The notes below the pieces were generated by a model. That model was given only the letters and a program-made list of their open reading frames with translations. It was not told the origin of the DNA and did not search any database. A stretch of 63,470 nt of DNA, filler included. It is 7 parts of 7 records of this genome, joined end to end, with 100 filler letters (N's around TTAATTAATTAA, not from the genome) between each part and the next. Parts side by side here need not be neighbours in the genome. Positions count along the whole stretch, not along the records: positions 49,308 to 59,509 come from SRR20825010_2586; 6 more parts are not named here. One strand, given 5' to 3'. Positions 49,308-59,444 of this stretch are shown one piece after another. The position numbers and the translations under genes were made by a program. Numbering within the stretch: position 1 is the first letter of the stretch; every line of letters starts with the position of its first letter.

Positions 49308-49502
49308 ACCGGAGGGCTCGCGTCCTTCCGCTACGTCGCCTGTTGTTCACCCGTTCCCAACCAGTGACGAAAACGAGAGTGATCCACCGATCGTCAACGA
49401 AGAAACGTTGTGACTGGCCGAGCTCATCGGCAACGGCTACAACGGAACGATCTTCTCCCTGGCGTTCATCCGTCAACCATCTTTTCATTGAGTGAAAACG
49501 AC

Positions 49503-50252
49503 ATGAGTGATTACGGCACATTCGGCGACGAATATTACGTGAACATGAATCTGTCCACCGAAATGGAGTTGCCGCAAGGTCGCGAATCAGTCCTGCACTA
49601 CTTTGAACAGGTCCAGCGTCGTTATCCCAAGATGGCGAATTTCTATGCGCGTGAAAAAGACGAATACGTGCTGGAAGAAGAAAAGGAGAAGGACAGCGGA
49701 TCGTATCGCTGGGTGTCGGTTGAACCCAAGCGAGTCAACAGCGGCATGGTCAGCCCATCAACTTACGAAGATGCGTGCGAGCAACACCGAGCCGTATTGG
49801 AATTGGTGCCGTACGAATTGTCCGTCAGCCCGCTGGACTGCGAAGCATTGACCGTGATGCTTGGTTTCGACTTTGTCTGCAAAGGCAACCACAACGAGAT
49901 CGTGACCGAAGCGATCGGCATCGCCCCCGGCTTAGAAAAGTTCACGCAACTGCCCTATGGCAAATTGCTTTCCAATGAACCCGTCGTTCAGTTCGCGCTG
50001 GATGAGGACTGCAAGACTCAGTGCCGGATCAGTTTTGAATCTCGAACGGGTGCGTTCCAAATTCGAACCGGTGAATTCACCGAGGAACAGCTCAGCGTTT
50101 ACATGATGGTCCGACGCTATGATTCCTTGGGTGCCAAAGAAAACTATGCGGATGAGTTCACGCGATTGTCGCAGTTGTGCCGCGACTTGGTCGACGAGTA
50201 CTTGATTGACAGCGTCTTGCGACCTCTGCAGACCGCGATTTCAATTCGCTGA
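49503..50252 (+). CDS. Hypothetical protein (planctomycete-type)
   Basis: 249-aa globular ORF from ATG 49503. Confidence 0.75.
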   Translation: MSDYGTFGDEYYVNMNLSTEMELPQGRESVLHYFEQVQRRYPKMANFYAREKDEYVLEEEKEKDSGSYRWVSVEPKRVNSGMVSPSTYEDACEQHRAVLELVPYELSVSPLDCEALTVMLGFDFVCKGNHNEIVTEAIGIAPGLEKFTQLPYGKLLSNEPVVQFALDEDCKTQCRISFESRTGAFQIRTGEFTEEQLSVYMMVRRYDSLGAKENYADEFTRLSQLCRDLVDEYLIDSVLRPLQTAISIR

Positions 50253-50612
50253 TCACTTGCCATGGGTGGGGCAAACGACATCCCCATTGTCTAGACCGTA
50301 GGCGTTTCCGGACGTCGGGCAGGTCGGCAGGTTCACGCCGGTGTAGTCTTCATCGGCCAGTTCACGAAGCGTTCGCCCGGGCGAACGCCCGTTTTCGTGC
50401 TCGTACAACTCGACATCACGCTGCAGCATCGACCGAGTGCCTTCGCATGCTCGTGACTTCGCGGTCTCGCCATGTGTTTGCACGAACGCCAATCCGGTCA
50501 TCGCAAACATCGTTGCGATTGTGAGCGCCACGATGATCTCGAGAATGCTGAACGCCCCGCGTCGCGAGAGACGACGAAGCGATGCTTGGATTGCAATTGA
50601 GTCACGCATCAT
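50253..50612 (-). CDS. Type IV pilin/pseudopilin-like protein
   Basis: Class III signal RRGA|FSILE plus hydrophobic helix; C-terminal cysteines. Confidence 0.85.
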   Translation of the reverse strand: MMRDSIAIQASLRRLSRRGAFSILEIIVALTIATMFAMTGLAFVQTHGETAKSRACEGTRSMLQRDVELYEHENGRSPGRTLRELADEDYTGVNLPTCPTSGNAYGLDNGDVVCPTHGK

Positions 50613-51772
50613 TCGAGAACTTCAAACATGTGGAACATCGGCGTGTAAATCGACAGCACCATGCCGCCGATCATGATTGCCAACGAAATCGTAAGGATGG
50701 GCTCGAGCATTCCCACGGAAGCTTCAATTCGAGATTCCAATCGTTCGCGCAAGTGATCGCAGGTGCCCGAAAGCGAACGAGCGAACTCGCCCGATTGCTC
50801 CCCCACCCCGATCAACTGGCACAACGTTGGTGGAAAGAAACGCTCGTACCTGCCAAGCTCGACGCTCAGCTTTTCGCCACGGCGCACGCCATGGTTAATG
50901 TCTTCGATCGCGCTTCGCACGCAGCGATTTTTCACGCAGGTCGAGGCGACTTCGATGGCCTCTATGGGTTTGTATCCGCACTGAACCATTGCCGAGGTAG
51001 CTTCGATGAACTGCAACACGGCAGCATCGCGTAGCCATGGTCCCACGACGGGAATTCGCAAGAAGACAGCGTCCATCTTTGCGGCGATTCGTGGATTGCG
51101 ACGGCCGCAGATCCACAGAATGATTGCGACAAATCCCAAAGGAAATGCGAGCAACCCTTTGGTCAACATGAACCGGCTCATTCCCGTGACAAACTGAGTC
51201 ACCGGCGGCAAATCCACACCGCTGGCGGTGTAGACGGTTTCAAACTCGGGCACGACGACCACGCACATGAAGATCATCAATCCCAAACCCGCCACACTGA
51301 TCAGGACGGGGTAGCTGATCTTTTTGAAAATGCGTTTTCGCAGTGCAACCTTGCGTTCGACTTGCTCACAGACTCGCAAGAGAGCCATTTCCAGCGAACC
51401 GCTTCGCTCGCCCAATCGGACTTGCTGGACCTGCATCTTGTTGAACGTTCTTGGATAGCGTGCCATTGCATCGCTGATGGATCCACCCGCCATGATGGTG
51501 CTTCGCATCCGCATTAGAACGCTGCTGTACTTGCGATTGGAATTGTCCATCGCGAGTGAGCCGAGCGCCTTCGGCAACGTCAGGCCATTCTGAAGCAACA
51601 TCAGCAACAACCGCATCAGCTGCGCCAGTGGCACCGGCGGAATGCGAGTCGACTCGCATCCTTTGGGAACACCTCGCTTGGGACCTCCCACCTCGATCGA
51701 GTTGAGCTTTCGCAAAAAGCCCATCACACCGCCGGAGGAGGTTGCATTGGTTGTGCTAGCAGGGAATGACAT
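50609..51772 (-). CDS. PilC/GspF inner-membrane platform protein
   Basis: GERSGSL, YP, GEQSGE and LEP repeats of T2SSF. Confidence 0.92.
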   Translation of the reverse strand: MSFPASTTNATSSGGVMGFLRKLNSIEVGGPKRGVPKGCESTRIPPVPLAQLMRLLLMLLQNGLTLPKALGSLAMDNSNRKYSSVLMRMRSTIMAGGSISDAMARYPRTFNKMQVQQVRLGERSGSLEMALLRVCEQVERKVALRKRIFKKISYPVLISVAGLGLMIFMCVVVVPEFETVYTASGVDLPPVTQFVTGMSRFMLTKGLLAFPLGFVAIILWICGRRNPRIAAKMDAVFLRIPVVGPWLRDAAVLQFIEATSAMVQCGYKPIEAIEVASTCVKNRCVRSAIEDINHGVRRGEKLSVELGRYERFFPPTLCQLIGVGEQSGEFARSLSGTCDHLRERLESRIEASVGMLEPILTISLAIMIGGMVLSIYTPMFHMFEVLE

Positions 51773-51853
51773 TGGATTGCACCAAGGCAGAGAACAAAAG
51801 CAAAATTCGAATGGGTCACCGCGAATCGGTTAGCGACTGAGGACTTGGCATCC

Positions 51854-53641
51854 TTAGGCGATAGCGCTCGGAACGGGTTGATCGACGGATCGTCGCCCAC
51901 CAACCATCGACGTTGAATTGGTGCTGCGACGGTCGCCACTGGTCTTGAAATACACTTCTTCCAGTGATGTCTTGCCGGCGATGGCGGCTTCCAAACCGGC
52001 TCGTCGAAGTGGCACCATGCCGGCAGCGTGAGCCATCTCTTCGAGCTGCGAATTTGGCACACCGGCTTCGATTGCGGCGGTGATGTCTGAATTGAGCGGC
52101 ATGATCTCAAAGATCGGCACCCGACCGGCGAATCCAGTGCCGAGACAACGTTTGCAACCTGCACCACGAACGAACGTGGTGTCTCGAGGCACGAATTGTT
52201 CAGGATCGAGCGCGTCCAACAGGTTCAAGTTGGCGGGCGCGTCGACCTTGCAGTTTTCACAAACACATCGAAGCAGTCGCTGAGCGACGCTTCCCAACAA
52301 TGAACCAGCGATCTTAAAATTGTCGACGCCAAGGTCGGCCAACCGCTGCACCGCACCAACAGCATCGTTGGTGTGCAACGTGCTGATGACCAAGTGTCCC
52401 GTCAGAGCCGCTTGGACCGCGGTGGTCGCCGTTTCACAATCGCGAATTTCACCCAACATGATCACGTCAGGGTCTTGTCGCATGATGTACTTCAGTGCGT
52501 TGGCGAACCCCATGCCGAATTCGTTGTCGCTTTGGACTTGGTTGATTCCCGGCAAACGATATTCCACCGGGTCTTCGACCGTCACGATGTTGCGATCGTC
52601 GTCGTTGAGGTGCTGCAGGGCGGCGTACAACGTCGTGCTCTTCCCGCTACCCGTTGGTCCCGTGACCACAAACATTCCGTGCGGTTTATCGATCACACGA
52701 CGAATCGTTTCATAATCGCGTTGTGGCATTCCGATGCCGGCCAAGTCAAATGTTTGCCCGCCTTCGTCAAGTAGACGAAGCACCAACTTTTGACCGTCGA
52801 CGGTTGGGATGCCGCTGATACGGAAACCCACTCGTTTGCCGTTTTCATACACCGTCAGGTGGCCATCTTGTGGACGACGATTTTCGGTCGTGTCCATGTC
52901 ACCCATGACCTTGATACGGCTGATGACGGAATCCTCGATATGGTTGGGGATCGTCATCACGACCTGCAATTCGCCATCAACTCGGTAACGAACCCGCATC
53001 TCGGGCTTGTGTGGTTCGAGGTGAATGTCGCTGGCACCGGCCGAGACCGCACCCGAAAGAATTGCTTGGACCAGCTTGACCACCGGCGCGTCTTCTTGGC
53101 TGACCGCCGACATTGCCAGCTCGTCTTCTTCGGTGACTTCACCGGACTCAGCCATCTCGGCGAACTTCATGTCAACGATGGTCTGACGAGCAAACGCACG
53201 ATCATCGTAGATGCGGTTGAGCAGATCGCGAACGTCGTCTTCCAATGCCACAACGGGACGAATTTTGTAGCCGGTCATCAATTCGGCTTCGGCAATGGTT
53301 TCGATATCGTCAGGAGCGACCATCGCGAGCGTCAGCATTCGGTCACTGACATCGATCGCGACGGAAGCTTGTGAACGAGCGAAGTCTTCGGGCAACAGAC
53401 GTGCGACTTGTGGATTGACGCTGGAGAAATCAATGTCGACGAAGGGCACCGAAAACTGTTCGGACAACGCGGCACCCAACTGCGCATTGTTGATCAGAGA
53501 TTGCCGCACCAACCAATCGCCGATCATCACTCCGCGTGGTTTCCCCGCGAAGGCAGCGTCCATTTGTTCGTTGGTCAGAATGTTCAATTCGACCAAAATG
53601 TCGCCAATGCGTTTCATCGTGCGAGTCCGTCGTGAAGACAA
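51854..53641 (-). CDS. PilB/GspE assembly ATPase with MshEN-like N-terminus
   Basis: RIGDILV..Q motif, ASDIHLEP, GPTGSGKSTT, EDPVE, RQDPD, TGHLV.STLH, tetracysteine. Confidence 0.95.
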   Translation of the reverse strand: MSSRRTRTMKRIGDILVELNILTNEQMDAAFAGKPRGVMIGDWLVRQSLINNAQLGAALSEQFSVPFVDIDFSSVNPQVARLLPEDFARSQASVAIDVSDRMLTLAMVAPDDIETIAEAELMTGYKIRPVVALEDDVRDLLNRIYDDRAFARQTIVDMKFAEMAESGEVTEEDELAMSAVSQEDAPVVKLVQAILSGAVSAGASDIHLEPHKPEMRVRYRVDGELQVVMTIPNHIEDSVISRIKVMGDMDTTENRRPQDGHLTVYENGKRVGFRISGIPTVDGQKLVLRLLDEGGQTFDLAGIGMPQRDYETIRRVIDKPHGMFVVTGPTGSGKSTTLYAALQHLNDDDRNIVTVEDPVEYRLPGINQVQSDNEFGMGFANALKYIMRQDPDVIMLGEIRDCETATTAVQAALTGHLVISTLHTNDAVGAVQRLADLGVDNFKIAGSLLGSVAQRLLRCVCENCKVDAPANLNLLDALDPEQFVPRDTTFVRGAGCKRCLGTGFAGRVPIFEIMPLNSDITAAIEAGVPNSQLEEMAHAAGMVPLRRAGLEAAIAGKTSLEEVYFKTSGDRRSTNSTSMVGGRRSVDQPVPSAIA

Positions 53642-53689
53642 AGAAATGGAAGGGAAGTGAATGCTTTGGTAAGCAGCAACGTCAGCTGA

Positions 53690-54085
53690 TCAAACGGTTT
53701 CGGCATGAGAAGGCAACAAACGCTGAACCTTCTCTTCGAGCACGGTCGGATCAAATGGAGTGATCAAGTAGTCCTGAGCCCCGGCCAAGTAAGCTCGCCG
53801 GACCATTTCCAGGCTGGGGTCAAGCGAGAACACGAGTGCGGGGACTTGGTCGGCTTTGAATTCCAAACGCAATTCGGTCAGCCATTCCAACCCGTCGCCT
53901 TCGGGCAACTTGGTATCCAGGATCAATAAATCGATCGGCTCGTGACGCAGGCGATCCAACGCCTCCGCACCGCTGCTGACAACTTCCAATCGGTACCCCA
54001 ACAACTCCAAACGGAAAGTTGCGAGTTCGGCCAAGACCAACTCGGGCTCGACCATCAGAAGTTTGGCTTGATTGGTTTCAAACAT
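53690..54085 (-). CDS. Single-domain response regulator (atypical)
   Basis: Receiver fold with LILD, GAQDYL.TPF. Confidence 0.8.
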   Translation of the reverse strand: MFETNQAKLLMVEPELVLAELATFRLELLGYRLEVVSSGAEALDRLRHEPIDLLILDTKLPEGDGLEWLTELRLEFKADQVPALVFSLDPSLEMVRRAYLAGAQDYLITPFDPTVLEEKVQRLLPSHAETV

Positions 54086-54607
54086 GGATTCACGCAAGGA
54101 TTGCGATACAAAAGGACAGCTACCGTCTGAAAGGTAGGTCACCAATTGCACGATGTTGAAAAAACACCTCATCCAGCGTGTGAATGCCGCTTCCACGCAT
54201 CAGCAGTCAATGAACATCGGCGTAATCACCGGCGCAAACGTCAGCACCGTTGCAACCGGATGAGTTGACCGCAGACAGCACGACATCGCATCGAAGCGAA
54301 CACATCGATGGAAACGTACGCGTCTCGATCGTGCTGATGAACAATTAAGCCGAGCGTGGCGGCGATAGAAGCGTTCCGCGTTGGGAACCCAAGCTCGATC
54401 GATAGGCCTTGTAGAATTGAGGCTTCAGAAATCGAAGCGGTGCCGGAGACTGAAGCAGAACGCACAGAGATCGCGTGTCATCGCGGTGCGTTCAAGATCG
54501 AATGAAAGAAGCGGCATGAACCGTCGACGTGATTCGACGGACGGTTCTATTTGCCAACTTATTTGCGAGCGGACGAGTCCATCAAAGAGAGGATGCAGCA
54601 AAGACGA

Positions 54608-54905
54608 TCAGTCTTCCCACTCTTCTTCCTCTTCATCGAGGTCGTCTTCTTCATCTTCGTCGTCCCAATCTTCGTCGGCTTCATCGTCGTCGACTTCTTC
54701 CCAGTCGTCGGTGCCGTCGAGATCGTCGTCGTCATCATCGGAGTCGTCCGAGTCTTCATCATCCTCGTCTTCGTCCTCGTCGTCTTCATCATCGTCGTCG
54801 TCGCTGTCCTCGTCCTCGTCATCCCAGTCGTCGTCGTCGAAGTCATCGTCTTCTTCGTCGTCGAGCTCGTAGCCGTTCTCGTACAGATCGTCTTCTTCGT
54901 CTTCG
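54608..54905 (-). repeat. Low-complexity GAC/GAA/GAT codon tract (Asp/Glu-rich)
   Basis: TCG/TCA/TCT-rich on the plus strand; encodes the poly-D/E tail punctuated by Trp. Confidence 0.9.
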
Positions 54906-56065
54906 ATCACGGCCGAAGGATCGTTCGACGATGCAGCATCCGCATCGGATGCGGGTGCATCCAAAACGGCCACGGCACCGGACTGATCGGCGTCGAGGGA
55001 AACGGTGAATTCAGTGGCGAGAGTTTCGATCGCGGCGACACTCACGTCAGACTCCTTGGTGGGGTGCAAATGCTCGGTTTCTGAAGGATTCGTATCCGAA
55101 GTTTCAGCGTCCGAAGATTCACGGCGAGGATGGGATTCAGGTTGAGAGGGATCTCTCGATTTCAATTCGTCGGCAGTCAACTCGTCGGCAATGTTTTCAA
55201 CTTCGCCGTCGGCAGATTGAGAAACATCATCGCAGGATGCGTGCCAGTCAATCGGCGGAAGCGACTTTATCGATGCCAATCCGCAGATTTTTAAAAAACG
55301 TTTGGTGGTCCCGTAAAGGTAGGGCCGCCCAAGCTCTTCACTGCGACCGCTGATCCGGACCAAATCCAGCTGCATCAACTGTCGCAGAATTTCACCGCAC
55401 GCAACACCACGCACGGCTTCTACATCCGCTCGCGTGACGTCTTGGCGGTAGGCCACTACCGCGAGCGTTTCCATCATCGGCCAACTCAACCGGATCGCTG
55501 GAGCCAAAAAACCAAGTCGGCGCAGCCATGGTGCCACGACCGACCGAGTCATCATCCGTTGGCCACCAGCGACCTGTTCGATTCGGATCCCACGTCCTAA
55601 ACGCTCGTAGAGTTCGTTCAGTTCCCCCACCAACGTCCGCGCAGAGGTTGCATCTTCCACATCCGCCAATGCCGCCAAACGCCGGTAATTCAGCGGTGAT
55701 TTCGCGATCAGCAGCACCGCTTCGATCCTTGCTCGGGCGGCGGCACGGTCTTCGGGATCAAAGGATTCCCCTGCGTCCGAACTGGACGATTCGCGACCGT
55801 CGACGAGATTATCCGTTTGGGAAAGATCGATCTCAGCCGTTGCCATGTCATCCGAACCTGCCGCCCGCTTCGGGTTGTCATGGTTGGATTGTGGGCCCGT
55901 TGAGAGCGAATTGGCCGCCATCAGGCGTTTTCGGGCAGCCGAGGAACGCTGCTCCGACGTCAGTTGCCCCTGCGTCGGAGCGGACCAAGATGCCGCCACC
56001 GGGGTCGGTCGCATTGTGCTGGCAATCGTCCGACCGCTCGCCCAAGGTGTGGCGTACCCATTCAT
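54608..56065 (-). CDS. scpB: SMC-Scp complex subunit ScpB with long acidic C-terminal extension
   Basis: IEAVLL, ETLAVVAYRQDVTRADVEAVRGV, GRPYLYGTTKRFL; start uncertain. Confidence 0.88.
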   Translation of the reverse strand: MNGYATPWASGRTIASTMRPTPVAASWSAPTQGQLTSEQRSSAARKRLMAANSLSTGPQSNHDNPKRAAGSDDMATAEIDLSQTDNLVDGRESSSSDAGESFDPEDRAAARARIEAVLLIAKSPLNYRRLAALADVEDATSARTLVGELNELYERLGRGIRIEQVAGGQRMMTRSVVAPWLRRLGFLAPAIRLSWPMMETLAVVAYRQDVTRADVEAVRGVACGEILRQLMQLDLVRISGRSEELGRPYLYGTTKRFLKICGLASIKSLPPIDWHASCDDVSQSADGEVENIADELTADELKSRDPSQPESHPRRESSDAETSDTNPSETEHLHPTKESDVSVAAIETLATEFTVSLDADQSGAVAVLDAPASDADAASSNDPSAVIEDEEDDLYENGYELDDEEDDDFDDDDWDDEDEDSDDDDDEDDEDEDEDDEDSDDSDDDDDDLDGTDDWEEVDDDEADEDWDDEDEEDDLDEEEEEWED

Positions 56066-56162
56066 CTTTGTTACGCTTGGAAAAAAGGGGCTTCGGGACG
56101 AACGATAACGAGTCGCGAACCTACCAAACCGTTTGTTTGACGTCTGCCGGGATATTTCAACG

Positions 56163-56936
56163 ATGTCAGCGACCTCCGCCACGCCATCCTCAGGCTCCTC
56201 CGCCGCCCAATCGCCCCAGTCCAAACGGCCGCGAAAGCGTCTTGCGACCGGCTACCGAATCCTGCTGATTTCGCTTTCTTCGTTGATTGTCGCCGGACTG
56301 CTGTTCGTCGCGATCCGGATGTTTGGCTACGTGGAAGGAACCGAGTTCGCCCCCAAACACTTCCAAACCCGCCAGTTTTCGTTTTACGAAATCCCGCTGG
56401 TCCATTGGCAGATCACGCCGATCCGCCGAGTCAGCACGACCCCTGAGACGGCTCGATACCTCACCCAGTCGAAGACCTTGGTCATGCCCAACAGCATCCC
56501 AACTCGGTGGGATCTGGTTGAAATCAAGCACGGTATGCAGTCGCTTGAGCCGCGAGATCCTGCGTTGCTGGTCGATCATCTTCGTTTGATGGAAGACGGA
56601 ACCGCGGTTTGGAAGCAGTGGAGCAAGAAAAATCCCAAGCTCGCCAAACAGTTCTGGCCCACAATCGACAAATTGGCCGATCGCGAGCTGTACATCCTGA
56701 TCCCGCGATTGATGGAATTGACGCGTGATGTCGAGGATGTCGCCACCTTGAAAACCGTCGTGTCGGATTACTTGGCGGAAGAATACGTCAGCCTGATCCG
56801 TGACATGCGAGACGCCCAACGGGATGAATTGGCCGACGCTTTGCTCTCAGAAGCCCTCGAAGAATCGCCCGACAATCCCGAACTGCAATCCTTGAAGAAA
56901 GATCGCCAAACAGCCGATCCTGTTGGACAAACATGA
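56163..56936 (+). CDS. Hypothetical membrane-anchored protein
   Basis: Single N-terminal TM; overlaps the start of the next gene (ATGA). Confidence 0.75.
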   Translation: MSATSATPSSGSSAAQSPQSKRPRKRLATGYRILLISLSSLIVAGLLFVAIRMFGYVEGTEFAPKHFQTRQFSFYEIPLVHWQITPIRRVSTTPETARYLTQSKTLVMPNSIPTRWDLVEIKHGMQSLEPRDPALLVDHLRLMEDGTAVWKQWSKKNPKLAKQFWPTIDKLADRELYILIPRLMELTRDVEDVATLKTVVSDYLAEEYVSLIRDMRDAQRDELADALLSEALEESPDNPELQSLKKDRQTADPVGQT

Positions 56937-58129
56937 TCTATCTCGACAACAACGCGACGACCGCCATCGATCCCGCGGTCGCTCGTGTTTTGGCAGAGGC
57001 TTTTTCGCAAACGCCCGCCAACGCGTCCAGCCAACATCGTCTCGGCCAGCAAACTCGGTCCCGTCTGGAAGCCGCCACGGATCTGATCGGCCGTTGCCTG
57101 GGAAGTGACCTGTCCCGCGTCCATGCGCCACGTCTGCTGATCACCAGCGGTGGCACCGAATCAAACAACCTGGCGATTTCGGGTTTGGGCGAACCCGACG
57201 GTGCGATCGTAATCAGCCGAATCGAACACCCCAGCGTCCTCGCCGCCGCTGCCGCCGAAGAGCAAACCGGTCGCCAAGTGGGCTGGGTCGACGTTGATGT
57301 CGACGGAGTGATCCAGTTGGAATCCCTGCGGAGCACGCTGGATCGCTTGACCGAATCGGGCAATTTTCCAGAAAGGGTCTCGGTCGTTTCGATCATGTCC
57401 GCCAACAACGAAACCGGCGTGATCCAGCCAATCCGAGCCGCTGCCGACATCTGCCGCGAATTTCGCGTGCCGCTGCATGTCGACGCGACTCAGTCGATTG
57501 GAAAGGTGCCGGTCGATCTGACCGCCTGGGGAGTCTCGGCTGCGACGATCACGCCACACAAGCTGCACGGGCCCACGGGAGTCGGATTCCTTTGGTTGGA
57601 TGCCGGTGTGGACGTTCGAGCGGCTCTGCGTGGCGGCGAGCAGCAATTGGGGACGCGTCCGGGCACGGAACCGGTCGCCCTCGTCATCGCCGCCGCCGAA
57701 GCCATTCGTCTCGCATGTGAGCAACAAGCGGTCGCCGCCAAGCACATGACGGCCCTGCGGGACAAACTGGAATCGGAGCTGGTAAGTCGACACCCAAGTT
57801 TGGTGATTCATGGCGAGCGGGCGCCACGTTTGCCATCGACGACCTGCTTGTCGCTGCCAGGTGCCGATCGGCAAAGCCTGCTGATGTCGCTGGATATGGC
57901 CGGCGTGGCCTGTAGCAGCGGATCGGCGTGCAGCAGCGGAAGCAGCCCGCCCAGCCACGTTCTGCTGGCGATGGGAGCGTCCAAATCACTGGTCGATTCA
58001 GCATTGAGATTCAGCGTTTCGCGGTTTTCCACGGAAGCCGAAATTGACCGGGCGATTGAGCTGATTTCTCGCCAATTTTCGAAGGCAGAAGGCTTTTCAA
58101 CTGTGGATAACTCGGTTGAAAAAGGATAG
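56933..58129 (+). CDS. Cysteine desulfurase (IscS/NifS group I)
   Basis: YLDNNATT, TSGGTESNN, HVDATQ, HKLHGP, SSGSACS. Confidence 0.93.
   Translation: MIYLDNNATTAIDPAVARVLAEAFSQTPANASSQHRLGQQTRSRLEAATDLIGRCLGSDLSRVHAPRLLITSGGTESNNLAISGLGEPDGAIVISRIEHPSVLAAAAAEEQTGRQVGWVDVDVDGVIQLESLRSTLDRLTESGNFPERVSVVSIMSANNETGVIQPIRAAADICREFRVPLHVDATQSIGKVPVDLTAWGVSAATITPHKLHGPTGVGFLWLDAGVDVRAALRGGEQQLGTRPGTEPVALVIAAAEAIRLACEQQAVAAKHMTALRDKLESELVSRHPSLVIHGERAPRLPSTTCLSLPGADRQSLLMSLDMAGVACSSGSACSSGSSPPSHVLLAMGASKSLVDSALRFSVSRFSTEAEIDRAIELISRQFSKAEGFSTVDNSVEKG
58102..58110 (-). promoter_or_regulatory. Perfect DnaA box (TTATCCACA)
   Basis: TGTGGATAA on the plus strand, just upstream of the DnaA-like gene. 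Confidence 0.6.
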
Positions 58130-58153
58130 CGGTGAACGACTGTTCCATTTAGA

Positions 58154-59416
58154 GTGGAACGGGGTGATCAGATTCGGCCGGACGCACGGCATCGGATCAG
58201 CTCCTGTTTGACCGCCTCACGCGTCGTCCAACCGTGTTCCACTCGTTCACTGCCATTTGCTGTGGTCGCTTCGCCTCCCAACGTCAACTCCTTCGCGCTC
58301 GAACGTCCGTCGCTTCGTCGACGCCGTCGCGATAGTGAAGTCGTTCGGCCGATCATCCCGCTGTTTTATTGCGGCGATGAAAATCGGTTGGCGGGCTACG
58401 TTTGCGAAAACCCGATCGAGACCTTGTTGGAAATTTCCCGGCCGATGTTGCTGGTCGGCCAACCGGGCACGGGCAAAACCGCTCTGGCGTTGCACCTCTC
58501 CAAACGGATGAGCATCAGCAACGTTTGGGAAGCGATGGAAATGGACAAAGACACCGCGCAGGGTGGGCCATCCGGTGTGACCTCGCGAGTCCTGTCCAGC
58601 CGCGTCCTCTACCAACCGGCGATCGACTTCGCTCGCGAATTTGCTTCTTCGATTGACTCGAAGGACATGCCGCGCTTTCGTGAAAAGCTGGACACGGTTC
58701 CGATCTTGGTCCTGGATGACTTGCATCTGATCGCGGACAAAGGCCCCGCTCAGGAAGAATTGGCTCAACGCTTGGAAGCCCGCGATGCAGAGGGTCGTTT
58801 AACGATCGTCACCTGTCGACGATTGCCGTCAGAAGTTCGCGGGCTGCGACCGGCTTTGGTCAGCCGTACGCTTCCCGGTTTGACGGTGACGCTGCATCCG
58901 CCCGCCGGCGATACACGACGCACGATCCTTCGCGAATTGATGTTGGCTCATTTGCCCGATGTTGAACCAGAGGCACTGTCATTGCTCGATGCGGGTTTGC
59001 CAGCGGAATCGACCGTTCGCGCTTTTGAATCGGCGATCAAGCAGGTCGCGTTGTGGTGCCGGATGCACGAACAACCCATCTGCGCCGATGCGGTTCAATC
59101 AGCAATTGAAACCGCCGGCGGTTCGCAATCGATTTCAATCAAAGCGATCACCACCGCGGTGGCTCGGCAATTGGGTGTGAAGTCGGCTGACATGCGCAGC
59201 GGCTCACGTCGTCAGAACATCGTCCGGGCCCGTTCGCTGGCAATGTGGCTGGCCCGCCGACTGACCGAAGACAGCCTAACTCAGATCGGCGATGCCTTTG
59301 GCGGCCGAGATCACTCAACGGTCTTGCATGCGATTCGCAAGATTGACGGGTCACTCGACGACGATGTTTTGCTGCGACGTTCCGCCGATCAAATCATGGA
59401 AAAACTTTCCAACTGA
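58154..59416 (+). CDS. DnaA-like protein (AAA+ domain III + domain IV, no clear domain I)
   Basis: GQPGTGKT, LDDLH, IGDAFGGRDHSTVLHA; start uncertain. Confidence 0.85.
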   Translation: MERGDQIRPDARHRISSCLTASRVVQPCSTRSLPFAVVASPPNVNSFALERPSLRRRRRDSEVVRPIIPLFYCGDENRLAGYVCENPIETLLEISRPMLLVGQPGTGKTALALHLSKRMSISNVWEAMEMDKDTAQGGPSGVTSRVLSSRVLYQPAIDFAREFASSIDSKDMPRFREKLDTVPILVLDDLHLIADKGPAQEELAQRLEARDAEGRLTIVTCRRLPSEVRGLRPALVSRTLPGLTVTLHPPAGDTRRTILRELMLAHLPDVEPEALSLLDAGLPAESTVRAFESAIKQVALWCRMHEQPICADAVQSAIETAGGSQSISIKAITTAVARQLGVKSADMRSGSRRQNIVRARSLAMWLARRLTEDSLTQIGDAFGGRDHSTVLHAIRKIDGSLDDDVLLRRSADQIMEKLSN

Positions 59417-59444
59417 TCGAGCCGCTGGTCCTGACTAAATGCCC

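Noticed and set aside
54381-55084. Poly-Ser, poly-Arg, poly-Val and poly-Thr ORFs
   Set aside because: Shadow frames of the Asp/Glu codon tract of scpB.
55528-58768. Long antisense ORFs in the planctomycete contig
   Set aside because: Expected GC-rich shadow ORFs opposite well-supported genes, with no motifs.
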